The translations under genes were made by a program, and so were the position numbers. DNA of 64,000 bases from Chrysomallon squamiferum (taxonomy: Eukaryota > Animalia > Mollusca). Shown here piece after piece: positions 12,526-27,670 of this stretch (positions within the stretch are counted from its first letter, which is position 1; each line of letters begins with the position of its first letter). The stretch is taken from contig CM022678.1 in assembly GCA_012295275.1 (NCBI GenBank), positions 15,996,001-16,060,000 of the forward strand, given 5' to 3'. Under the pieces are notes generated by a model. That model was given only the letters and a program-made list of their open reading frames with translations. It made no database searches and was not told the origin of the DNA.

Positions 12526-13721
12526 GGATATGCATCTGTAATAAAAATAACATTGAACAAAAATCTAAACATTTTAGTGTTAAATCTTGTGTGAGGATGA
12601 TGTATTTGTACATGTGCTGCTAATAATGTAGTCAGTGTAATAAGTAGGAAAGTTATAATTATTAAACAGAATCGACGATGTGTGTTTTTTTTTAAATTTA
12701 TTAATGATGTATTTGTGCATGCTGCTAATAATGCAGTGTGTGAGTGTGTGTTTAATGAGTTCATGCAGGTTTATTTATTAAACAGAACCATGTGTTGATG
12801 GATTGCTGTGTTTTAAGGGGGAATAATGGGGTGTGTGAATTTTTATATTTCTGAGACTGATACACATAGAGATATAAATACAGACAGATAGATGGACGTA
12901 CTGATACATCTATGCATATGCAAACACACAGATGTGTATCTACACACAAATACATACACACACACTCACATACAGATGTACAGACATACAGACAGATTAG
13001 ATAGAGAAATGTATAGCTATCACTTTATCTGGCATGTCAATAAAACAGTATTAAACTGTACATTGTGACTGTAGGTTTTTCAAAAATGAGAAACTATAAA
13101 AATCCAGAAATTTCAAACATAAATTAAATGTGATAGAATGATAGATTGGTAATCATTTATGAAACAGTATCAGACTGGTATCAGTTAACTGTTACATCTG
13201 ATGTACAAATAAAGAAATTATAAATTACAAGCCACACATTGTAAATTAGAAATAAAAAAGCAATTAATTGTTTGTTTCAACTGTGATAATATATATATAT
13301 ATACTTTTTATATCGCCTTTGATTCAAAGTGTTCAAATTATCTTCTAGAATTTCACTGTTATTGAACAATAAAGTTTGATGTTTATTGTGACATGACTGT
13401 TTCTGATGGTAATAAAATAACAGTAATTCAGTTATAAATGTTTTTAAAAAATCAGTGTATCCCACATTTTATGTTACATAGTTATTTGAATAGTAACTAT
13501 CTATAATGCATGTATGTGTATTTATCTGTTTTCTATCTATCTGTGCATGTGTGTGTGTCTGTGTGTGTGTGTGTGTGTGTATCTGTGTGTGTGTGTGTGT
13601 GTGTGTTAACGTATTTTTTTGTAAACTGAAAATGTTGTTAACTTTTATAAATTTAAAATTTATTATTGACACCATAGAACAAAAAATTGTATCTTTCATA
13701 TTTGTTTCATTTAATTTCTTC

Positions 13722-13758
<37 letters not shown>

Positions 13759-14249
13759 TATAATTTTTAAAGAAAATGAGACTAAACTTGTTTAAGAAAA
13801 AAAAAAAATTCCAAAACCTATAAAATGTTGCCATTAACAACTGAAAATTTAAATAGGGCTGGAAAAGCTAAAATAATAAAATAAACACCAAGTCTCCTAG
13901 GGTCCTATAAAATCTTTAAACCTAAAATATGGGCAAAATAAAAGACTGCTTTAAAACAATAAAACTTGGTTTTATTGACTATTAAAACATAATTTATTAT
14001 TGTTTTTGTTGTTATTGCTACACATCATCATCATCACTATTATTATTGTTATTATTGTTATTGTTATTGTTATGAATCAGACATTTAGTAACGATTCTTT
14101 TCTTGCTGGTTAATAACACTTCCTGGAAACCGAGAAATCTGACAACAGAAATCTCAGAATAATCCTCTTAGTGACAGAGACCAGTCTAACAGTCAGTTCA
14201 GTTCACAGTGTGTGCAGCAACACAGTTTTACACTGCTTCTCATTTAACC

Positions 14250-14700
14250 TGTTTCATTTATTTCCCAATCCAACCCAGTACTCACGTTAGTATTTTCATG
14301 TTACTGGGAATGTAAATTATTGTATGCTATGAATTTTTAACACAAGTGAAATAACAATTGTCAAACCATTGGTTTTCATTTATTTTCCCAATCCAGACAG
14401 TATCAAAAGTCGAATTTTCCTGTTTCTGGGTGTGTAAATGATTGCTTATTATAAAGAATTTTTAAAAATGTGAATTCAGTAACTGTTTTAAAAGCACTAG
14501 TTTTTGTGTCTTTTTATTTATTTACCAAACAAACAAGCATCAAATATAGTATTTTCCTATTTCTGGGACAGTAAATGACTGCTTGCTATTATGAAGTTTT
14601 TTCATTTATTTCTCAATCCAACCAGTATCTAAGTTAGTAATTTTCCTTTTATATTCCAGGTAATGTAAATGACTGCTTGCTGTTATAATCTTTTAAAAAT
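14250..14700. repeat. Old degenerate tandem repeat, about 90-140 bp, about 4 copies
   Basis: Recurring tttcatttattt.ccaatcca..cagta...ttttcct...tgtaaatga.tgctt blocks. Confidence 0.65.
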
Positions 14701-16029
14701 GTGAAGACAATTTAATTTTGGTTTCACTAATAGGATTATCTGAGGTTATAAGATAACTTGGATGTCATCATGATATATTGATTGTGTCCCAAAATAGTTT
14801 ATGTGCTTAGTGAAATTTAAAAATGAAAAGATTTTTCTGTCATATTGACGATTTCTATTTCCAGACATTCAGTAAACAGAAAAGCAAAAAGAAAAAAGAA
14901 AAGAATTTAAAAAACAGAAAGAAAAACAATACAAGAATTTTGTTTTTAAAACGTGATAATAGAAAGAATTAAAGCAGATAATATGTCAGGATATTAATTT
15001 GTGACAAACTGAAAATAAAAATCATGATAATAATACAATATGAGAAGAAAAAAAAAATTAAAGCTGCCATTTTCTATTATTATTTTCATGATCAAGATCA
15101 TGAACAGAAATAATATTTAAAAAATTATAATAAAATATATAAATAACAACAATAATAATAATAACAACAACAACAAAGGACTATTAATAATAGTTATATC
15201 ATCTAGGCAGCCATAACGAACAAAAAAACAAAACCTGCAAATATACTGTGTCAAATACATTAGCAATTATACAAGACATGAAATACAGACTGGATGTTGA
15301 ATTTATTTGTACACATTATTTCATTGATATAGCATTTCTGAATGTAGCCAGTAGTAACACGTTGTCATGGTGACAGGTCATTAGTTTAATGTCAACTGAT
15401 GAAATGGAGGGGTACATCTACCAAAATCGAAAGAAAGACTAATGTGTGTGTGTACACCAGCAGCATTGATGACAGCAGTACATCATCATCTCATGCTTCT
15501 AATGAGAGCATTAATCTCAGGAACAGTAATTGTGTTCCATTCCCGGTTCAGAGCAATTTGTAGGTCATGAATATTAAATTCTTCCTTTTTGTTTTTGGAT
15601 AATGTTGGTTCAGTGCATCAAAATGTGATTTCAATACATCTGTATTGCACTGTGTTTGCACATGCATTACACATAGCAGCATGCAGATATGACAGATTGT
15701 GTTCTTTTCATTACCCAAAGCGACACAGCATATACAAGTAACATGTTACCAAGTGTTACCATTTTATTTTAATTTATTTGGAAGCAGAACTTGCTAAATG
15801 TTTTTGGTTAAGTATATTTATAAATTAGAATCCATCTTTATGATTACATTGTGGTCAAGCCAATATCAGTTATCTTTACAAATTTGTCTAAACCAGGTTG
15901 GCTCAAATCTTTTTGGATATTCAACCATTTATTTGATCTCTCGTTATTTATAGTGATGGGTATCAACTGCTAGGGTCTTTTTGAAGTAACCAGAAAATCA
16001 AATAAAAGGTTGTCAAACTTGTTAATAAA

Positions 16030-17050
16030 ATACAGCAACAGTTAGAAATTTAATGAAGGGAGAAATTGTTACAGATTTTGAGAAGGGAAAAGTTGTTCTG
16101 GATTTTATGAAGGGAAAAAGTTGTTACAGATTTTATGAGGGAGAAGTAGTAACAGATTTTATTAAGGAAAGTGTCATTATATAAATATCTTAACATCTTC
16201 AAAATCTTTAGTAACCTTTATACAGAGGTAATCATTTTTTTTTTTTTACTTTTCATGTGCTTACAGTGATAACTTTACATCACAATTTTTGTGTTTTACT
16301 TCAGAAATCTCTTATGTACCGTATGACCACTAGTCCTGTATGAACATTGATTACCATCAAATACTTCTGCCATAGTTCAAATATTTGCTGTTATATGGTA
16401 TATGACAATCTACATGAGAATAGGTTAAGTAGAATTGTTTATTAACCTATTTTCAGTGTTCCTTTAGTGATTTCTTATTAAGTGAAAATCAAACACACTG
16501 TGAATACAGCCATCTTGTGTGTGTTAGCATTGATATAAAATTACAATACAAATTTGATTCTGGCATTGGACAGATCAATAATAAAAAAAATAAAAATGTT
16601 CTAAAGAAAAACTCAACAACTTCATAAAGCTTTTAGGGGCTGGTAAACAGAATGTTTTGTGTTTTTTCTTACTGTTGTGTGGAAACTGATATAGGTCTAT
16701 TCTTGTGTGTGAACAATGAGACTGGGCAATTTTTTAAATTTTACTCTTTTTTTTTTTTTTTTTTTTTTTATTATTATCTTCTGTTATTGTGATGAACAGG
16801 ATAGGTCAGTTATTTATTTCCTGATATGTGTGAACAATCATACAGGTCCAATAATTGTTTACTAATATGTGTGAACAATCTGATAGTCAGTTATTTCTAT
16901 ACTGTTATGTGAACAAAGGGATAGGACAGTTATTTCTTTACTGTTGTGTATACAGAATGGGTTAGGTCAACTACTGCTTCATTACTGAGTATAAATAATC
17001 AGATAGGTTATTAGTTCTTTTGTTGATATATGTGAACAACAGCATGTGTC
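16030..17050. repeat. Two degenerate short-unit tandem arrays (about 27 bp at 16030-16170; about 40 bp at 16680-17050)
   Basis: ggga..a.ttgttacagattttatg repeated 4 times; tgtgaacaa...gatagg.cagttattt repeated. Confidence 0.6.
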
Positions 17051-17497
17051 TATTTTTTCTTCATTATTTCGGGTGAAATGTATGTAAAATGATAAAAACA
17101 AAAAAATGGATGACATGCTGTAATGGTTTGTGACTAATCCCTTATCCAAACATGCTTGAAACAAAGTCATTTACTGTGTATTTGTAAGCAAAATATCTAG
17201 CAGATCTTACAGTGTACACTAATTAATTAAATATTCTTATATAATCTGTGTGTTTGAGAATGTCTGAATGTACAGTGTGTATACTGTGCTAGTGTGAGTG
17301 ACATTATAAAGGTGATATATACTGTATTAATAATTTGATAGTCATGTTTTCTGTAAGAGAGGAAGTTACTGTCTTCTGTTGTGATGTATAATTAAAAAGG
17401 GAGATATTTTATCACATTTGTTTCTGACATGATTAGCAGAAATGATATTTTATTTAGGATTACTATAACAGACTTTATCAAATGGGGAAACATTCTA

Positions 17498-17537
<40 letters not shown>

Positions 17538-17818
17538 TAATGTATTATATGTAGATGTATGTGTGTGTGTGTAAATATACATACATACATGTGTGTGTGT
17601 GTGTATGTGTGTGCATGTGTGTATTTTGACTAAGGGAGCAACTATTGTTGTCATAATCTATGTATTTATGTCTGGTAAATACTGCTATAAATAATAATTA
17701 TATATATTTGTATGGATCATGTGCATGTAAGAGAAATTACTGTTATAAAAATATTTTTATATATATTTATATATATAGATAGATATAAAGAAAACAAGGG
17801 GAGAAGTTATTGTCTCAC

Positions 17819-17895
17819 TTGATAATAATGGATTGGGTCTGGGCTCTCTTGATTCTTCCAGAAACTTGTCTTTTGTAGTGGTACACTGGTGGCAC
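17819..17895 (-). CDS. DCDC2: DCDC2-like coding exon 3 (77 nt, inter-DCX linker)
   Basis: tatttttgcag|GTG CCA CCA...ATC AA|gtgaga; VPPVYHYKRQVSGRIKRAQTQSIII(K), similar to human VKPVIHSRINVSARFRK...; phase 0 in, phase 2 out. Confidence 0.92.
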
Positions 17896-18747
17896 CTGCA
17901 AAAATAACAAACATACAGACTGATGAAACAAGAAATTTACATTTATTATTCCTTCCCATAAACAGTATAACAAACACATGATCTTTGAGTTTTACTCTGG
18001 ATGCTCTGAAAAATACTTAAATGGGAATCAACTAAAGTATGTATATATATTTTTTTTTCAGGTTGTCTGTCTGTCTGTCTGTCTGTCTATCTGTCTATCT
18101 CTATCTATCTATCTATTTATCTATAATACACAAAATCAATAACATACACATAATGTTTAAAATTTTATTAAATTACTTAGTGAGAGTAGTGATCAATAAT
18201 AACAAAATGTAAAGACGCAGAACAAAATTTTAGACTAATATAATATGAGTTACAGATGACTAATAAAATTTATCAGACATAAGATGTCTGTAAAAGAACT
18301 CTTGTTGTGGTTTAGAAAACACAAGTAACTTGTGACACAGAGAGAATAGTCTCTTCACCCAGTGTGAACAATAATTCAGCTTTATCATTAAACAGCAAAT
18401 ATTTATTCATTCTTTTGTTGATTTTTTGTTGTAGGGATTATAAAACTATTTGTAGTGTATCATCTCTGGTTACATATCTAGTTTCTGGCTTTGTCAGAAA
18501 AAAAATAGAAAAAAAATTGCCTAGTTATTGATATTTTTATTTTTATTGCTATTGTTTTACCTACAAACTAATACATCATAGATACAAACAATCCTTTCGT
18601 GCTTAGTTACAAAGTCTTTTCTTACCAATACCTAAGAAAAAAATCTAAACCAATTTATATATGTATATAGTTGTTCTGTTATAGAATCACAACATACATG
18701 TGCACACACAAAATATAAACTCAGATACACATGCACAAAACACACAG

Positions 18748-18783
<36 letters not shown>

Positions 18784-19054
18784 GTTTACATAACTACCAA
18801 ACAGAATTTTTAATTTACGCACAGTCAGTTATTATTATCTCTGACGACAATCTGACACAAAGACAACACAAAGAACATTATACACAAGTGTGGTGTAATC
18901 CTGTAGAGTCGTAGTGTGAATTAAAAAAAGAAAATGAAGACAGGAATTTTAATATAGACATTGCTAAGAGGTTATCGTATACAGCTATTGAACAAGTTGA
19001 AGAAATGAAAGTATTGCGATAGACTTAATATAGTTTAGTAACAATGTTACTAAG

Positions 19055-19115
<61 letters not shown>

Positions 19116-21906
19116 CTCTCTCTCTCTCTTTCACACAAACACACACACAATCTCAACCACACTTCAACAGTAACATAACTGCACACATTTTGTTAATAAT
19201 ACTGTACAGTGTTTAACATAAAAAGGAATTTTTTTAAATTTTATTATATATATATATATATAAAATGGTGTTATGAAAGAAGAAACCTGATTCTTCCACT
19301 GTGCTTGTTTTTCTAATCAATCAAGAGCAAGGAATCTTTTATGTTCTTTTCACACAGAACATCTCAAATAAAATGTTTAATATACTAGAAGTGAAGCACT
19401 CTCTGAATGGTATGTTTGGAATGGTATATAATGTTTTCATTAAAATAAACTGAAATCATTACAACAGGAATTTAAATTTATGAGATACTGGTGGTAAAAA
19501 TACAAATTAACAAAAAAAAAAAAAAAAATTCTATATTTTATACTATTATGACACGACGTCAATAGGAATTTAAATTAACTTGCATACTGTCAATAAAATA
19601 AAATAAAATAGGAATTTAAATATACCAAAATTTCAGAAACCTTACTCTCTTATCCTATTAATAATGATCTCATTAGAAATTTAAATATACTGTCATGCTG
19701 ACAATAAAAATGATACAAAAAATGCTACACCATAAAACTTTTAATATACCCACTCCCCAAAAAATCCTCTGTAGAAAAGACGTAAAACAATTCATACAAA
19801 ATGTACATCAATATATTTTCTTTGATATTCGGAACATGGTGGAATTTTAAGACATAGCCATACACACACACAGACATTTTGTACACAGACACAAGTAATT
19901 CAGTGTAAAGGACCTGTCACTAAGCAGGGAAATGCTAACATATACAGGATTTAATCTAGTCACTAGTGACACATTGTGACACTGAGGTGAAGAGAGGACA
20001 AACTAAAACTCTCAGAGTTGGTGGAGACTGTACACTGTCTGTGGAATGCTGATGTCTGCTACAAAATAAACTTGGCATCTCATTATTTTTTATTTCTGGG
20101 GTGTTTTTTTGTTGTTGTTGATTCTTTTTCTGTACATTTAAATTTTACAGACACACACACACACACACAAAACACACACACACACACACACACACACAAA
20201 ACACACACACACACACACACACACACATTTAAATATTTATTTACTGGTTTTGGCTCATTATATATTTTATTTTTTTATTTTATATATTTTTATTTTTATT
20301 TTTGCTATCTTTTATATCATTTGTTTTAATAATTATTTTCTTGTCTATGATGGTCATTCAAGGTTTCAGGGAAATACAGTTGCTATGGACATTTTATAAA
20401 ACATAAAGACTGCAAACACGTTGTCATATGCAATGTCACAAAATCTCTCTCTCTCTCTCACACACAAACACACACACACACACACACACCAAAAAAACCC
20501 ACACAAACACATACCAAGAATCACACGATTCAAGAAAATCAGCTTCTGAGTTCTAATCCCTCTTCTAGCTCCTACACTGAATTACAATAAGCCTGTTTTT
20601 TCTTTTTAATCTAGATTAATCTGCTAGTACATTAATCTGTTTATCCTCCACTTGCCTGTTACTTATATTAGTTGTTACACACCCTGTCTCTCTTTATACT
20701 CAACTCTTTTCACAATTTCCTATAAATATATTCTTTTATTAACGGTTCCCTAATTCATCCTGGGTATTGATGTAAAACACACACACACACACACACACAC
20801 AGACTTCAGACTTCATTAACAACAAAGGTAAACAGATTCCACCTGAATGGAACCCTGTCAGGTGTGTCAGTGGAGAGAGAAAAAAAATGATCTATTAATT
20901 AATGGACTGTTCAAGAGTGGACTAACTGCATGGACTCTCTGCAGGGGGGATGTGTTTCCAAGTAACCCGGACCAACGCACACAAGCAGAAGCAATGTTCT
21001 TGTCCAGCAAAGCCGGGCGTTATTAACTCCTCAGCTCAGTCAACAGAGACCAGGTTTTTGTGTGGTGCTGCTCGTGCAAGTGGGTGGATTTACAACAGAC
21101 GGACACAGGAAGAAGAATGGAAGCCAGTTCCAACAGATAATTGGTTGTTATAATGTATACACACAAAAAAAGTGAATAATGATTGAAAGTAATAATAAAG
21201 AATAATTTTTGTTAAAAAATAGAAATATTGAAGATTCCATTAAGAATTGATTGTTTCATATTTTTTGTTTTTTTTGGCTTTCTCTTTCTTTTTATTTAGT
21301 TTTTACTAAATAACTGATGTGGCATGTGCTGCCCTATATCAGCAAGTGTTAATACATTTTTTTTTTTCATCTGTTTAGAAACTCTTAACTAACTTTTAAA
21401 ATAGGTTTTCATGTTTTATTAGTAAAAACAAGGAATATATTTGTACATGTGTGTGCGTGTGTGTGTATGAGTGTGTGTGTATTTGACTGTTTCTATGTGC
21501 CTGTGTATTTGTTTCTGTGTTTGTGTATTTCTGGGTGTGGTGGTTTTTAGTGTTACTTTAAACTGATCCAGTTTCACATTTAAAACATTCATTCACTGGT
21601 GATAACAGACTTCTACAAAAAATTCATTAACAAATAAAATAGATCCATTCTTTTGTCAGAATGTTTTTTTTTTTTTAATTTATTTTTTTATTATCTTGAA
21701 CAGTTAATATATATATATTTATATAAAACAAATTTTTTGGATTTTGTGATTTAAGGAGAATATGATCTAAATAAAAATATGAATTGATTTTCTGTATACA
21801 AAAAAACTGCAGTATTCAACAGCAGTAGAATTTCATACAAGAAATAACTCTCAGAGAATTTTATACACAAGAAATTACTATCAGATTATATAATTATTTG
21901 TCAGGA

Positions 21907-21956
21907 ATAACAATAACAACAACAACAACAACAACAATAATAATAATAATAACAAC

Positions 21957-21994
<38 letters not shown>

Positions 21995-22018
21995 TAATAA
22001 CAACAATAATAATAACAA
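21907..22018. repeat. (AAT/AAC)n trinucleotide microsatellite
   Basis: Directly visible. Confidence 0.95.
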
Positions 22019-22140
22019 TTTAGAAGGTGTTATGCTATCTCACTGGGTTGGCTTTTGTTGTCAGTTATTAGCAATAGTTTTTCTTTTACACGCACTGACC
22101 CACAGGCAGGAGAACACAGATTTAAATAAAGCAGGCAGGG

Positions 22141-22714
22141 GACACTAAACAGAAGTTAACAGTTGAAAACAAGCTGTTCTCCTGTACAGAGGTGTGAGCA
22201 GTTTCAGGCGTGAGACACTAAACAGAAGTTAACAGTTGAAAACAAGCTGTTCTCCTGTACAGAGGTGTGAGCAGTTTCAGGCGTGAGACACTAAACAGAA
22301 GTTAACAGTTGAAAACAAGCTGTTCTCTTGTACAGAGGTGTGAGCAGTTTCAGGCGTGAGACACTAAACAGAAGTTAACAGTTGAAAACATACTGTTCTC
22401 TTGTACAGAGGTGTGTGCAGTTTCAGGCGTGAGACACTAAACAGAAGTAAACAGTTGAAAACACACTGTTCTCTTGTACAGAGGTGTGTGCAGTTTCAGG
22501 CGTGAGACACTAAACAGAAGTTAACAGTTGAAAACAAGCTGTTCTCTTGTACAGAGGTGTGTGCAGTTTCAGGCGTGAGACACTAAACAGAAGTTAACAG
22601 TTGAAAACAAGCTGTTCTCTTGTACAGAGGTGTGTGCAGTTTCAGGCGTGAGACACTAAACAGAAGTTAACAGTTGAAAACACACTGTTCTCCTGTACAG
22701 AGGTGTGTGCAGTT
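22141..22714. repeat. 73-bp minisatellite, about 8 near-identical copies
   Basis: gacactaaacagaagttaacagttgaaaacaagctgttctc(c/t)tgtacagaggtgtg(a/t)gcagtttcaggcgtga starting 22141, 22214, 22287, 22360, 22433, 22506, 22579, 22652. Confidence 0.97.
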
Positions 22715-23624
22715 TTATCTGTAAAATTCTCATCATTAAGTTAGTCGTGTGTTAATCATTAATTTAACAAATACTCCTATTGATTTACTGGTGCCGTTGT
22801 TGCTGATGATGCTGATAATGAAAATAATGTTGTTGATGATGATGATGATGATGATAGCAATGACAAAGCTGATGTAATATATTAATGATGATGACAATCA
22901 AAATGTTGTCAATGATAATGAAATGATGTTCATGATAATGGCAAAAATATTGATGATAATGACAAAATAATAGTGATGGTAACGACAATGATGATGATGA
23001 CAACATTTATAACGATGTTCATGACAGTAATAAAAATGACGATGATGACAAAATGATGATGATGATGATAATGACAATGATGATGATGATGATATTGAGA
23101 ATTACTACAACCTCAGCATAAAATTTTCACATTACATAAAAAACTATTTTATAACCGTTTTCTCTTTTTAATTCTTTGTTTTTACAAACGTAATCGAACA
23201 ATCAACTTAACACATCTCTCACATTTTATTCTACAAAAAAAACGGTTTCACTTTGGCGAGGATGTTTTAAAAATTTACTGCCTCGCTAAGCTACCAAGAA
23301 TAGATCATGAAACGAATTTGTAAAGCATGAAAAAAAGTGAAAGGCAGAAACTGATCGATTGATAGAGGAGATCAATAACTGATACAAAGCAGTGACGTCA
23401 GTTTCACCTAGCAAAGTTGTGTTTTCTCTCTCGTACAAAAAAACACGTAATCCTCGTTTTATTCAGCAAGTGATGCTGCGACTCATCAGAAACAAGTTTT
23501 TTTTTCTTTCTTTAATATTTTGTTTATTTAGATATATTTGTTTTTATCCTTTTTTTTATATAAATTTAAAACAATATTCTGGGGTATATTGTTATTACTA
23601 TTATTATTATTATTATTGTTATTG

Positions 23625-23672
<48 letters not shown>

Positions 23673-23823
23673 TCTTTTCAAAACAGTATTTTTTTTTGGT
23701 TTTATATATTAATAACATTTTTACATCTATCTATCAATCTACATTTGTTATTTTATTTATCTTTTTAAACCTTTTTTATTCCAACTATATTTTATTTATC
23801 TTTATTATTCCACTATTATTTAC

Positions 23824-23854
<31 letters not shown>

Positions 23855-24287
23855 CTTATTATTTTTTGTTTATCATTTTTAGTTCATCCCCTATTCGGAA
23901 GATTTTATAGCCTCATTTTACAAACGTAATTTTGTAAAACTTTTAAAACACAAAACCCAGACCCATTTACTCATATTCATTAACATATTTGATTAAAAAA
24001 AATGTCTAATATTCAATTATTTGCATGTCAGGATTTCTCTGCTTGTTCAGAAAACCATATGTTTCCAATTTATCATATTCTAAATAACCCAAAATGAGGC
24101 ACAATTATGTTCCATGTTGTGTTCCTGTTGATTATTTTATTTATTTTATTTATTTTATTATTAAATTCTAGTTATATATATATATTTTATTTTAAATTTT
24201 ATTTTTTGTTTATTTTTGGTTTCTTTATTTGTGTGCGTTTATTAACTTTCGTATTTGTTTGATTCATTATTACTTAAATTAGATCAT

Positions 24288-24318
<31 letters not shown>

Positions 24319-24373
24319 TTAACTTTCTTATTTGTTTATTTCATTATTACTTAGATTATTTATTTATTTATTT

Positions 24374-24405
<32 letters not shown>

Positions 24406-24908
24406 CATTATTTCATTATTTCATTATTTATTTATTTTATTAACTTGCTTATTTGTTTTATTTATTATTATTTAAATTATACTTTGTATTTACTGATTTC
24501 AGTTACGTTTCTGTTCTGAGAATATTAATGTGATTCATATCAAAGTATGCTGGAATTGTGTTTCATCACAAAAAGAAAAATATTTAAAAATAATTCTGCT
24601 GGAATGCTGATAATTTTTAACTTAGGTTTTATTATTATTATTATTATTATTTTTCATAATTCTTTTTTTTTTTTATATATTATTTATATATTATACTAAT
24701 TTCAGTTGTATTTTCAGATCTGACAATATTAATCAATAATGTGATTAGTATCAAAGATGTATTAAAATTTTATTTCATTAGTAATAAAAATTTTAAAATT
24801 AATAATAATGCTGCAAGGGAGATTGTCAGATTTTATTAAAGGTTTTTAAAAAGTTTTGGACTGTATTATTTTAAACTGATTTATTTTGCTATTATTGTTT
24901 TTAATTTA

Positions 24909-24957
<49 letters not shown>

Positions 24958-25413
24958 GTTTTTTTGTTTTGTTTTTTGCATGCAATATTTAGTTTTTTTT
25001 TAATATACTTTTACAAATTAAATCTGTCTTTTTATTAACAAATAAATAAAAAAATAAATTGAAATAAAATATTCCTGTAGCTCAACTTTAGTAACAAATC
25101 TATCAGAAAAGAACCAGCAGCTTGATCTAAAAAAGTCTTAAATAAAAGCAAAATGTACTTTCTTCTTTTCCTAATATACTTAAATCATTGTAATGTATAA
25201 TTAAGTGCACACTGCAGTACTTTACAAAAGACATGACCACAAGATTTTATGAAGCAAATTATTAATTTGTTTTAATTTTATAGCTATGGGACATATATCA
25301 TATGTTTATTTAGTTACTGTTTAATGGAGACTTTTTAATATGTTTGTTAAAATATTCAGTATTAAAAACACATATATAGAAAAGTGCATCCTGAATAGTA
25401 ATTTATTATAATT

Positions 25414-25453
<40 letters not shown>

Positions 25454-26473
25454 TTGGCCCTGGGTATCACCAGACCTCTGCATACCACTGTGTGTGTGTG
25501 TGTATGTATGTATGTATGCACACACGCACACACACACACACACAGTGGCTGGTAATGGTTAAAAATAAATGTTTTATGTGAAATATAATCATATTTGTAT
25601 ATATCAGTCTGTCTGTCTGTCTGTCTGTGTGAGGCTGTTTTTATTTGTTTAGTTAACAGATAAAGTATTGCAGTAACCTCCTACAAACATATATTATATG
25701 AGATTTGATTTATTTTTTTCTAATATCAATAATAACCCAAACCGCTACAGCATTTTCTGCTCAGATGTGCAATAGAAGCATTATGTGTTTTCAAGTAATA
25801 AACAGGCAAATGAAAAAATAATAAAACCCCTGGAACATGAATTCTTTACATGCACCAGCATTTTAGTATAAAGTATCTATTACATTATTTTGTTAGTCAT
25901 GTGTGTTTAATATATTACCTGTTTTCTGTCAGGAATGACTGCTTTTTTTCACGTGTTAAATTAAAAACAGAACACACATGTACACAAAGAAACACATATA
26001 TCTTTTCATATGTTAAACTGACACACACACATACACACACACACACACGCATTTTAATTGAAAAAGAACATGCCTTTTGATACATTAATCACATATAAAG
26101 TTCACACATAAACAAATACATGTTTGTCTCTCTCTCTACATTCACACACACAGATATATTAGCTTTTTCTTAATTGAAATCCAAAGAGATATTTAGATAT
26201 ATTCAACCTCTTATGTATTAGTTTCATCATCTTACAAAATATGGACGTAGTCTAAGAACCTAAACCACATTATCAAAAACCACCTACCTACAGAAAAAAT
26301 TCTACACATTTTTACCACATTTTATATCTTATATAACAGGGTTGGAACAAAAAGTTTGTAGCATTTTGAGCATTTGAGAAAAAGAATTTAAAATAGTTAT
26401 GAATAACATTAACAGTTCTTGAGATTTGTATTTCTTGTATAAGAAAATAAAAATAAAATTTTGTTTTACTTAC

Positions 26474-26528
26474 GTCGTTGTAGTTGATGGGTTTTCTATG
26501 CCTCGGTCGTGGATCTATAGATGTGTAT
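26474..26528 (-). CDS. DCDC2: DCDC2-like coding exon 2 (55 nt)
   Basis: tttctgttgcag|A TAC ACA TCT...AAC GAC|gtaagt; gives (E)YTSIDPRPRHRKPINYND; phase 2 in, phase 0 out; supplies the Tyr that closes DCX1; size equals my recollection of the 55-nt vertebrate DCDC2 exon. Confidence 0.9.
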
Positions 26529-27530
26529 CTGCAACAGAAAGAATGATTTTATATACTATGTATAAATAACAAAACATATAAACAGCAACAGAAACACACA
26601 CACACATGTACGTGTACAGAACATACACGTATATCCTCTTACACACAGATACATTCACAGACACACACATACACAACGTATGCATGCACACACACACACA
26701 CACACACATACACACACATACACACACACACACACACACATACAGACACACACACAGACAGACACACACACACACAGTCCTTACACACCAAGAAAATATT
26801 ATTATTTATCTGGGTATTTTAACAATATATCAACATATTTTTAACACTGTTGGACAGAAAGTAAATAAGTATTCAAGAAAAGAAACCCGTAATAACAACT
26901 ACATCTGCTTATAAACACCTATACACACTGTTTAATAAACATATTTTATATCGGCTTGAAATATTTATTTTGAATAGTGTGTATGTGTGTGTTCATATCG
27001 ATGTATATATCTAAGTTTGAATGTTTTCATGCATACATGTGTAGGTGCATGCTGGTTTAAGTTTGTGTTATGTATACACACACACCATCACACACACACA
27101 TCTGTTGTTCCTATTTTTTCATTCACTCTGTTTTCATTTTCTTCTTTTTCTTATAATCACCCATCATCACATTACAATTATTCCTAACAGTTTATTTATT
27201 TTACAAATTACTCCTAATTTACTGCACCTGAAGCACAAACACACACACAATCATTATTATGACATATTACATTTCACAAACTGGGGAATGGTGCCTCGCA
27301 AATATTGGAGGAACGCGACACAGAATCAACACAGCAAAGACAGAAGAAATACAGTGGAGTGTCATATACCAGTCTACTTAGAGTCACTATGCGTAGAACT
27401 CACATGCCAAGATTTTGTGAATAGCATCATTCAACTGTACAAAAATATGTAACACAGAACAAAAGAAACTGGTCAAGGTGTCAAAAAATACTTGACTAAT
27501 CTTTTAATCTTTTCTGTTATCAGTGGCGAC

Positions 27531-27567
<37 letters not shown>

Positions 27568-27635
27568 GTTTTTGGGGGGGGGTTTCTGTACTGTTAATTG
27601 GGAATTTATTTTGCTTTTAAATTATTTTTGTAAAT

Positions 27636-27670
<35 letters not shown>

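Noticed and set aside
27045-27452. 135-aa ORF and a possible 31-nt minus-strand poison exon (27404-27434)
   Set aside because: No recognisable homology; AG...GTGAGT pairs arise by chance in a 19-kb intron.
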